A stretch of 64,000 bases of DNA from Acidimicrobiales bacterium. Its GTDB lineage: Bacteria; Actinomycetota; Acidimicrobiia; Acidimicrobiales; SZUA-35. Below the pieces are notes generated by a model. That model worked only from the letters and a program-made list of their open reading frames with translations, ran no database searches and was not told the DNA's origin. The DNA is taken from NCBI GenBank assembly GCA_965224435.1, contig OZ245048.1, positions 3,914,282 to 3,978,281 of the forward strand. Reading direction: 5' to 3'. The position numbers and the translations under genes were made by a program. Positions within the stretch are counted from its first letter, which is position 1. The number at the start of each line of letters is the position of its first letter. Below are positions 29,691-37,299 of the stretch, in pieces.

Positions 29691-30443
29691 CTATCCAGCT
29701 TCGGCTTGGCGGTGGCCATAGCGTTGTCCACCATCGATGACCAGGGTTTCGCCGTTGACATAGTCGGCTTCGATCAGGTACTTCACCCCGTGGGACATTT
29801 CTTCTGGTGTTCCCCAACGATGCACCAGGGTGTTGGCTGCGGTCCGTTCGTACTTTCCGTCGTCATAGTCATGGGGGCGAAGGGCCGGGCCAAACACCAC
29901 CGCGTTTGCTCGGACGGTTGGCGCGAGTTCCAGGGCGAACTGGCGGGTCATGGCGATGATGGCTGATTTGCCGACTGAGTGAGCGATGTAGCCGGGCCAG
30001 GCCTCAATCGACGAAAGGTCGCTCACACTGACAATGGCGCCGCCCCCACGCTTGAGCATGGAAGGTGCGGTCAGGTTGGTGCAGTAGAAGGGGCCGTTGA
30101 CCAGGGTGCTGATGGTCTTGTCCCAGACGCTCAGATCAGTGGTTGGGAACGGATCGTTGTGGAAGGAGGACGCATTGTTGACCAGGATGTCGACCCCACC
30201 AAACTTGTCGCTTGCCGCCTGCACCATGGCTTCGACCTGGGCATAGTTTCCAACGTCGGCTTGGACCGCGAGAGCTCCGACACCAAAGGCCTCGGCTTCT
30301 GTCGCGGTGGCATTGGCGTCGTCCTCGGAGTGGTTGTAGTTGATGATCACATTGGCGCCAGCTTCGGCCAAGGTCAGAGCAATGACCCGTCCGACACGCT
30401 TCGCGCTCCCGGTGACGATGGCAGTCTTGCCAGCAATATCCAT
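29691..30443 (-). CDS. SDR, pteridine reductase (PTR1/FolM)-like
   Basis: AIVTGSAKRVGRVIA and ILVNNASSFH resemble, from memory, the PTR1-type motifs VTGAAKRLGRSIA and LVNNASSFY. The active-site stretch GYIAHSVGKSA has His where the PTR1 catalytic Tyr sits. Confidence 0.55.
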   Translation of the reverse strand: MDIAGKTAIVTGSAKRVGRVIALTLAEAGANVIINYNHSEDDANATATEAEAFGVGALAVQADVGNYAQVEAMVQAASDKFGGVDILVNNASSFHNDPFPTTDLSVWDKTISTLVNGPFYCTNLTAPSMLKRGGGAIVSVSDLSSIEAWPGYIAHSVGKSAIIAMTRQFALELAPTVRANAVVFGPALRPHDYDDGKYERTAANTLVHRWGTPEEMSHGVKYLIEADYVNGETLVIDGGQRYGHRQAEAG

Positions 30444-30513
30444 GGTGAAAATCCTCTACGTTTCTGTCCGCCGGTCGGTAGGTGGGTCAGCGAGTGCGCC
30501 TGTTTGGTGTGGC

Positions 30514-31359
30514 TTACTCCCGCACCCTATTGCTTAACACCGTATTGCCAAGAACTGTGTCATGTCCATTGCCATGTCCGGTGTTAATCAGAACCACGCG
30601 CACGTCTGCTTCTTGCCTTGTGAGTTCACGGGCTAGCTCCTCGGCCAGCGGGCGAGAGGAATCATCAACCTTGGTGACAATCACGATGTATTCAGCTCCA
30701 TCCGGGCAAGCTCGCCGAGGCCCATTGGGGTGTAGCAACACACTGACAGCATGGCTGGGGTCAAGCCGTTGATACGGGTGGCATTGGGCTAGGGCGGCGA
30801 CCCGCAGCGGCCGGTGACACTGGTCAGAAATGACGCGTCCCAAGGCATCAGAACCAATGACCGAGATGAGCTTGCTGACCGAGGTGGGCACGACCGGTTC
30901 AAACGGGGCCGGTGCCTTGAACGGCATCCGCCGAGAGCCATCGGCCTCAACCACCACATTGTCCACCAGCTGGGCAAAGCGATCACACGCCTCGGGTGAT
31001 ACACCTGCAACCTTGGGACCGGGCGCCCTGCCGCCTGCTATGCCGCTCGCTATGTCGTCCGCCTCGCCACCAGACTCAACGCCGGTCTGATTCCAGACCA
31101 GAACCGGTTCGTGCTTCGCCTGACCAACGGGATCCTCGTCCGGACTCATCACCTTGAAGCCGCCATGTTGATGAGCGCCCATCCGGGTCGTGGTCGTGAG
31201 GATGACCGACCCTTTGAGTTGTCGCCCAAGGGCGTGAAGCAGCGTTGTCTTGCCCCCGCCTCCCACCAGGGCAATGTGCTCCTTCGGTCCGAGGTTCAGC
31301 CCGCGAGGCAGCTCGGCGAAGTCAAGGTAGACGGGCTTCAAGTGATCCTGTTCTGCCAC
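30514..31359 (-). CDS. yqeC: YqeC-family selenium-dependent hydroxylase accessory protein
   Basis: P-loop-like IALVGGGGKTTLLHAL near the N-terminus, about 280 aa, located directly downstream of yqeB. GTG start at 31359; an alternative TTG at 31341 overlaps the yqeB stop. Confidence 0.6.
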   Translation of the reverse strand: MAEQDHLKPVYLDFAELPRGLNLGPKEHIALVGGGGKTTLLHALGRQLKGSVILTTTTRMGAHQHGGFKVMSPDEDPVGQAKHEPVLVWNQTGVESGGEADDIASGIAGGRAPGPKVAGVSPEACDRFAQLVDNVVVEADGSRRMPFKAPAPFEPVVPTSVSKLISVIGSDALGRVISDQCHRPLRVAALAQCHPYQRLDPSHAVSVLLHPNGPRRACPDGAEYIVIVTKVDDSSRPLAEELARELTRQEADVRVVLINTGHGNGHDTVLGNTVLSNRVRE

Positions 31360-32153
31360 GTGAGCACAGCTTCCAGCACTCCACCGCCGATGGCCAAGGC
31401 CTTGTCGGAGATCTCGTCATAGGTGACATCCTGGCGCGGATCAACATCACCGATCTTGTATTGGGCCACAACCTCTTGTCCGTTTCGGATCAGGCCTCGT
31501 ACAAGGCCGTCAAAGGGAGCGACGACGTCTCTATCGCCGACTAGTCCGAGAAGCTGGTTCTCTTTCACCCTGTCACCAATGGCGCAGTCCCACTGCACAT
31601 GGCCCTCGGTGGGTGCTCGAAGCACGCGTTCGGATCCTCGACCATCAACAATGCCAGGTACACCGGTGTTTGGAGCGGCCGAACCCGACCACAACGCTCG
31701 ACCGAGCCGTGAGCCACGCTTGGTCTCGACAACGACGTCACAATCCCGGCCCGCTTCGAACCCTGGCCCGAGGGCAATCACCAGCTCGGCGTCGTCAGCA
31801 GAAGTATCGATATTGCGCTTGGCCAAACGAGCATCAATCACAACCCGAACTACTTCATCCGGAGTTTCCGCTACCGGGATATTGGGGGAGACGAGGACCG
31901 CAACCGCACCGTCCCTGGCAACCCGAGCGGCTTCTTCATAGGACGACGTGAGCCGTGCAATCATTCCTTCGACGTCAACGACCCCATCATCAACGGCACT
32001 GGACAAGCAGACGGTCCGACGTACTGCCAGCGGCTGGGCCAGCTCGGTCACAACCACCGGGAATCCGCTTCGCCACAACCGCCATGCCACCCCCGTCGCC
32101 AGGTCTCCCCCACCCCGAATGAGGCAGAGAGGCTTGGCCAAAAGGTCAGTCAT
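31338..32153 (-). CDS. yqeB: YqeB/EF2563-family selenium-dependent molybdenum hydroxylase system protein
   Basis: IRGGGDLATGVAWRLWRSGFPVVVTEL..P..VRRTV and about 270 aa match my recollection of this family (TIGR03309 type). Confidence 0.65.
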   Translation of the reverse strand: MTDLLAKPLCLIRGGGDLATGVAWRLWRSGFPVVVTELAQPLAVRRTVCLSSAVDDGVVDVEGMIARLTSSYEEAARVARDGAVAVLVSPNIPVAETPDEVVRVVIDARLAKRNIDTSADDAELVIALGPGFEAGRDCDVVVETKRGSRLGRALWSGSAAPNTGVPGIVDGRGSERVLRAPTEGHVQWDCAIGDRVKENQLLGLVGDRDVVAPFDGLVRGLIRNGQEVVAQYKIGDVDPRQDVTYDEISDKALAIGGGVLEAVLTWQNRIT

Positions 32154-32210
32154 ACAGCCACGTCACTCATACAGCCACATCACTCATACAGCCACATCAC
32201 TCATACAGCG
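32150..32210. repeat. 17-bp tandem repeat (3.5 copies) at the xdhC-yqeB junction
   Basis: Plus strand TCATACAGCCAC(G/A)TCAC x3 plus a partial copy. TCAT occurs at 32150, 32167, 32184 and 32201. Confidence 0.95.
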
Positions 32211-33016
32211 GAACGTTGGCTGGCAATGACCTCGGCCAGGATCGACACCGCAATCTCGGTGGGTGTTTCGGCTTCGATGTTCAATCCGATTGGCGACTTC
32301 ACCCGGTCAAGATTGGCTTGGGTCTCACCAGCATCTGCCAGCTTCTGACGAGTGATTTCCCAACGCCGTGTGCTGCCCATGATCCCGATGAAGGAAGCCG
32401 AACTGGCCAATAGTGGGGGCAGGATCTCCACATCGAGACCAACATTGCGGGTCGTCATCACTACCAGGGTCTGCTCGTCAATGGGCGCGATAGCCAAGGC
32501 GTCAGTGATTGGACCTGTTAGCACCTCGACACCCGAGATCGAAGAATCAATTGAGGAGGCCAGGTCTTCGCGGTCATCCCAGGCAACTACTCGGTAGCCA
32601 AGCCAGCGGGCCAATTCGACCACCGCTTGGCCGACATGGCCGATACCAATGACATAGACGGTTGCTTGTGGCATATGAGGCTCCAAGAAAATTTCGACGA
32701 TTCCACCGCAAACGCCGGGGTCACCAGCGGCAGCATCAACCAGCGAATAGGTCAGTCGGCGAGGTTTACCGTCGGACAGGGCTTCGGCTGCCTCGGCAAC
32801 GACCCGGGCTTCCATCTCGCCGCCGCCGACCGTACCTGATGACGTTCCGTCGCCGTAGATCAGCATCTTGGAACCGGGGCCGCGTGGAACCGACCGATCC
32901 GTGTCGACAATGGTGGCCAAGGCAACCGGCCGACGCGCAGCAATAGCTTCTCGCAACTCATCCAACAAGGCCACACCAGCAGCGCCGCTTGGTACAGGAA
33001 TCAGCGGTTCGACCAT
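32201..33016 (-). CDS. xdhC: XdhC/CoxI family molybdenum-cofactor insertion accessory protein
   Basis: N-terminal XdhC_CoxI-like region (VALATIVDTDRSVPRGPGSKMLI) and a Rossmann-like C-terminal domain (VYVIGIGHVGQAVVELA). The start overlaps the ssnA stop (TGATG). Confidence 0.75.
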   Translation of the reverse strand: MVEPLIPVPSGAAGVALLDELREAIAARRPVALATIVDTDRSVPRGPGSKMLIYGDGTSSGTVGGGEMEARVVAEAAEALSDGKPRRLTYSLVDAAAGDPGVCGGIVEIFLEPHMPQATVYVIGIGHVGQAVVELARWLGYRVVAWDDREDLASSIDSSISGVEVLTGPITDALAIAPIDEQTLVVMTTRNVGLDVEILPPLLASSASFIGIMGSTRRWEITRQKLADAGETQANLDRVKSPIGLNIEAETPTEIAVSILAEVIASQRSAV

Positions 33017-34323
33017 CAGTTACCCCACAAGCGCAAGGCTTGCTCTTGGGTCTTGGCTCGCATCTGGTCCAGGTCGGCATCCAGCAGCTCACCCTTGCGG
33101 ACTCGCCATTGGCCAGCAACCATCACCGAATCGACATCACGGTGGTTGCGCCACAACACCAGTTGCTCAAACAGGTTGTGGGCAGTCACCGGCGTTGGGA
33201 ACTGGGCATCGACCAGTTGCAAGTCGGCACTCCAACCAGCATCCAGCCGGCCGATCTTGTCCAGGCCAAGGGCCTTGGCTCCACCTTCGGTTGCCATACT
33301 AAGCACGGTGTTTGCTGGCATCACGCCAGGGTCAAGGCGACGAGCTTTGGCCAGCAAGAATGAACCCCGCATGACTTCATAGAAATCGTTGATGTAGCCA
33401 TCGCTGCCCAACCCAACAGTTACCCCAGCGTCCAAAAGTTCGGGCATAGGAGCTATGCCGCCACCAACCTCACAGTTGGACAAGGGCATGTGACTAACCT
33501 TCACTCCGCGATCCACAATGATGGCCCGATCCGCGTCCGTGAGTTGCACACACTGGCTCGCTAAGAATCCTGGACCGGCGACACCGAGTTCGTCGTAGTA
33601 CTCAAAGGTCGACTTGCCGTACTCGGTTTGGCACCGATTGCCTTCGAAGTGACTTTCGTTGGCATGGGCGTGGGTGAGCACACCAAGCTCAGAACCGAGC
33701 TCGAAGGCTCGACGGATGAAGTCGGCGGAGCAGGTGAAGGTGGTGTGGTAGCACATGAGGCCAGAGACCAGACCACCCGGTTCACAGGCCTTGATCAGAT
33801 CGACGTTCTCTTGCAGGCTGATTTCGGCCGTTTCTGGTCCGGCTCGTTCGGTTGCTTCGAAACTCAGCAAGCCTCGAAGGCCACGCCGTTCGACCACTTC
33901 CTTCTCGACCAACAAGGCTCCGGGCAGGGAGTTTGGAGCTTCAAGGATGTCGTAGAACGTTGTTGTTCCCGATCTCAGCATTTCGGCGCAGGCCCAGTCG
34001 GCTGCCGCTTCGATCATTGGCTGATCGAGGGCATCTTCGACCTGGGGCCACCAGTAGTCCTCTAAGAAGCTGCCGAATCCATCGGGCGGCGAATGCACAT
34101 CAATGCCGTGGGCCAACACGCCGTACATGTGCACATGGGCATTGACGAAGCCGGGTAGGCAGATTTGATCGGGCGCGTCGATGCGTTCGTCGTCCGGGTG
34201 GGCGGCGAGCAGATCCGCAGCCGGTGCGACCTCGGCGACTTGGTCCCCCACTATGCGCAGACCCCACCCTTGGCGGGGTGGTGAATCTGCACTGACAATG
34301 AGCCAGCCCGGCAAAATCAACAT
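33016..34323 (-). CDS. ssnA: SsnA-like amidohydrolase (COG0402 deaminase/chlorohydrolase superfamily)
   Basis: LPGFVNAHVHMYGVLAHGI metal motif, YWWPQVEDALD, and an HAHANES mid-domain motif. It sits between xdhD and xdhC, as in the E. coli ygf cluster. Confidence 0.65.
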   Translation of the reverse strand: MLILPGWLIVSADSPPRQGWGLRIVGDQVAEVAPAADLLAAHPDDERIDAPDQICLPGFVNAHVHMYGVLAHGIDVHSPPDGFGSFLEDYWWPQVEDALDQPMIEAAADWACAEMLRSGTTTFYDILEAPNSLPGALLVEKEVVERRGLRGLLSFEATERAGPETAEISLQENVDLIKACEPGGLVSGLMCYHTTFTCSADFIRRAFELGSELGVLTHAHANESHFEGNRCQTEYGKSTFEYYDELGVAGPGFLASQCVQLTDADRAIIVDRGVKVSHMPLSNCEVGGGIAPMPELLDAGVTVGLGSDGYINDFYEVMRGSFLLAKARRLDPGVMPANTVLSMATEGGAKALGLDKIGRLDAGWSADLQLVDAQFPTPVTAHNLFEQLVLWRNHRDVDSVMVAGQWRVRKGELLDADLDQMRAKTQEQALRLWGN

Positions 34324-34336
34324 GGCAAAATCAACA
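34310..34336. repeat. 14-bp tandem duplication spanning the ssnA start codon
   Basis: GGCAAAATCAACA at 34310-34322 and again at 34324-34336. The ssnA ATG is the complement of 34321-34323. Confidence 0.9.
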
Positions 34337-34367
34337 GGGGCTTCAGCATGACTGGATCAACACGGGA

Positions 34368-37295
34368 TCAGGATTCCTTGACCGCGTCGAGCGCCTGCCA
34401 GACCCGTTCCGGAGTGAAAGGCAAGTCATTGAGACCCACACCGGTGGCGTTGAGGATGGCATTGCGCAATGCCGGGGCCACTCCATCCTTGGGGATCTCC
34501 GCTACTGCCTTGGCTCCGAAGGGTCCGCTGTCTTCCATGGTTTGCACCAGGAAGACTTCGGTGGATGGCATCTCGTCGGCTCGGTAGATCTTGTACGGAC
34601 CAAAGGCAGCATTGACCATGCGGCCATCATCGTCGAAGGCGTATTCTTCGCAGTGGGCATATCCAAGAGCCTGCATCATGCCACCCTCGACCTGGCCAGA
34701 AGCGGTGATGGGGTTGATGGCGACCCCGCAATCGACGGCCATCACGAGCTTGACAATGGTGACCTGACCGGTCTCGATGTCAACCTCGATCTCGGCGAAC
34801 TGGGCGGCAAACGGCGGTGGACAATCTGGTGAGACGTAGGACGCGGTGTCCATGATCTGTTCCTGGTCCTGCCAGTGCAGGGAGTCCAGGGCAATCTCTT
34901 CCAGGGTGACCGAGCGACCGTCAGGGCTGAAGGCCTTGCGATCTCGCAGTTCGATGGTGCAAGGGATCTCGATGTCCAGCAGCATGGCTGCCCGTTCCTT
35001 GATGCGCTTACGTACCTTTTCCGCCGTCAGCTTGGCTGCGGTTCCAGAAATATAGGTGGTAGATGAGGCGTAGGCACCAGTGTCGAACGGGGTGATGTCG
35101 GTGTCGGAGGAATAGACCTTGATGTCATCCAGCGGCACACCAAGAACCTCGGCGGCAATCTGGCCGATGACGGTGTCGGCTCCGGTCCCCAGGTCGGTGG
35201 CCCCGATCAACATATTGAACGAGCCGTCGTCGTTCATCTTGATACTGCAACCGCCCATGTCCAAGAAGGGGATGGAGGTTCCGTGCATGCAGAAAGCGAA
35301 GCCAAGACCACGGCGGATGTTGGGGCGATCCGCTGGGTTGGTCCACTCGGGATCGTTGCGCCGATGCCAGCCAATGGCTCGTTCGGCTTGGGCAACGCAC
35401 TCATCGGTACCACTGGTGACGACCTTGGGGTACTCATCCATCTCGCCTTCTGCTACCGCTCGCTCACCAAGGTGGGGGGCAATATCCAACTCGTCTCCAA
35501 CCTTGACCCAGTTCTGGCGCTTGAACTCCAACGGGTCACGGTCGAGATCGTGGGCAATATCTTCCATGTGGGCTTCAAGCGCAAACTCAGCTTGGGGTGC
35601 GCCGTAGCCACGGTAAGCACCGGGGACCGGAATGTTGGTGTAAACAACGTCGCAGTCAAAACGCTTGCTCTTGGCGTTGTAGGACGTGAGACCACGAAGA
35701 CCAGCGACGGTTTGCACGGTGCTGGCGTGGGTACCAAAGGGCCCGGTGTTGCCAATCATGTGCATGTCTTGAGCCAGCAGGCTGCCGTCATCATCGACCC
35801 CGGTGCGATAGGTGATGGTCTGGGGGTGGCGGGTTCGCGAAGACATGAACTCTTCTTCTCGGGTCAGTTCCAACTTGACCGGTCGGCGAGTCTTGATGGC
35901 GAGGTGGGCCACGATGTCTTCGATCAACATCTCCTGCTTGGCCCCGAATCCACCGCCGATGCGAGGTTTGATGATCCGGATGTTCTTGATCTCCATGCCA
36001 ACAACAGGGGCCAGCATGCGGCGAACGTGGAAAGGCACTTGAGTGGCGGTGCGAACAACAAGACGTTCGTCCTCATCGAGCCAGGCCACCGAGATGTGAT
36101 TCTCGATTGGGCAAGGCTGGACTTGGTGGACTCGGAACGTCTGCTCATAAGTTTTTGGAGCGTCGGCCAGCTCTTGATCAACGTCACCTCGCATGGCTCC
36201 GATGTGAACCACGATGTTGTGGTCTCGGTCGTGGATGCCTTCGGTGTCGGCCTCGTCATGAATGTTGGGTGCACCGTCAAGGATGGCTTCGAGCTCGTCC
36301 AGAACCGCGGGCAAGACCTCATACTCAACCTTGATGAGTTGGAGTGCCTCTTCAGCAATTTCCAGCGTCTCGGCAGCGACAGCAGCTACCCGGTCACCAA
36401 CGTGGCGAACCTTGTCATCGAAGGAAACCTGGTCATAGGGGTGAGGGTTGGGCCAGCTCTGGCCACCGGATGCGTACTTCACCCGGGGAACGTTTTGGTA
36501 GTGAATCACAGCGTGCACCCCGTCGAGGGCTACGGCTGCTGAGTCGTCAATGTCGAGGATGCGGGCGTGGGCGTGGGGGCTGCGAAGCACCTTGGCGATG
36601 AGCTGGCCGCGAGCTTCGAAGTCGTCGGTGAAAGCAGCGTTGCCCTTGACCAGGCGAATGGCATCAACCTTGATCTCGGACTTACCAACCACGGACATTT
36701 CAGGAACGTCATCAGAAGGTATGAGGCGAGGGACTGCGTCAGAGGCCACCGGTGGAGAATCGTTGGGGTCAACCACGGCCGGGCTCTTGCCGTCAGTCAT
36801 TGGCTGCACCACCAGAGGTTCCAGTGGTTCAATCGTTTCACCCCGCATCAGAGCGGCGGCTCGAAGCACGGCATTAACCGGCTTTACGTAGGCGGTCTCA
36901 CGATCGAGGATGCCGGACAACATGTCGCGAACATCGTCCTCGGTCGGGTTCGGGTTCTCGGCAATCAAGGCGTAGCTGCCAAGGATCATGGCTGGGGCGG
37001 AGTAGCCGGACTGCAGTGCGCCCGAGTTGACGAAGGCTTCCTGGATGGGATGCAGGTCGACCTTGTTGAGAGCTTCGAGGGTCATGACCTCATGTCCATC
37101 AGCTTGGGCGGCAAGAAGACAGTCGGTGTTGATGAGTTTGCCGTCAATCAGGACTGCGCTGGCACCGGTTTCGCCGGTATCTGATCCATAGCGGACACTG
37201 ACCATTCCTTCACGGCGCAAGGCAGCGAGCAGGGTGTCGAAGGGTTCAACATCAAGAGTGGTTGGGGTTCCATTGAGAGTGAGTGAGATTTCCAT
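34368..37295 (-). CDS. xdhD: XdhD-like fused molybdenum hydroxylase (N-terminal Cys-less [2Fe-2S]-like domain + molybdopterin-binding large subunit)
   Basis: Start at ATG 37295 (MEISLTLNG), 4 nt after the FAD-subunit stop. LRSPHAHARI, VRHVGDRVAAVAAE, GGGFGAK, and the C-terminal GPFGAKAVAE active-site region. About 975 aa, like E. coli XdhD. Confidence 0.85.
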   Translation of the reverse strand: MEISLTLNGTPTTLDVEPFDTLLAALRREGMVSVRYGSDTGETGASAVLIDGKLINTDCLLAAQADGHEVMTLEALNKVDLHPIQEAFVNSGALQSGYSAPAMILGSYALIAENPNPTEDDVRDMLSGILDRETAYVKPVNAVLRAAALMRGETIEPLEPLVVQPMTDGKSPAVVDPNDSPPVASDAVPRLIPSDDVPEMSVVGKSEIKVDAIRLVKGNAAFTDDFEARGQLIAKVLRSPHAHARILDIDDSAAVALDGVHAVIHYQNVPRVKYASGGQSWPNPHPYDQVSFDDKVRHVGDRVAAVAAETLEIAEEALQLIKVEYEVLPAVLDELEAILDGAPNIHDEADTEGIHDRDHNIVVHIGAMRGDVDQELADAPKTYEQTFRVHQVQPCPIENHISVAWLDEDERLVVRTATQVPFHVRRMLAPVVGMEIKNIRIIKPRIGGGFGAKQEMLIEDIVAHLAIKTRRPVKLELTREEEFMSSRTRHPQTITYRTGVDDDGSLLAQDMHMIGNTGPFGTHASTVQTVAGLRGLTSYNAKSKRFDCDVVYTNIPVPGAYRGYGAPQAEFALEAHMEDIAHDLDRDPLEFKRQNWVKVGDELDIAPHLGERAVAEGEMDEYPKVVTSGTDECVAQAERAIGWHRRNDPEWTNPADRPNIRRGLGFAFCMHGTSIPFLDMGGCSIKMNDDGSFNMLIGATDLGTGADTVIGQIAAEVLGVPLDDIKVYSSDTDITPFDTGAYASSTTYISGTAAKLTAEKVRKRIKERAAMLLDIEIPCTIELRDRKAFSPDGRSVTLEEIALDSLHWQDQEQIMDTASYVSPDCPPPFAAQFAEIEVDIETGQVTIVKLVMAVDCGVAINPITASGQVEGGMMQALGYAHCEEYAFDDDGRMVNAAFGPYKIYRADEMPSTEVFLVQTMEDSGPFGAKAVAEIPKDGVAPALRNAILNATGVGLNDLPFTPERVWQALDAVKES

Positions 37296-37299
37296 GGGT

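Noticed and set aside
32150-32210. Possible CRISPR-like or mini-array interpretation of the 17-bp repeat, and of the 18-bp repeat at 40831..40987.
   Set aside because: The units are directly abutting with no spacers. They are far shorter than CRISPR repeats, and no cas genes are present. They are simple tandem repeats.
35283-36542. Long antisense ORFs inside clearly assigned genes. Examples: 419 aa on + within xdhD, 334 aa on - at 3810..4814, 328 aa on - at 19105..20091, and 245 aa on - at 55946..56683.
   Set aside because: Such ORFs are typical of GC-rich DNA, where stop codons are rare in the antisense frames. Their translations are low-complexity, Arg/Gly/Pro-rich sequences with no motifs. 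The opposite strand carries strong family signatures.
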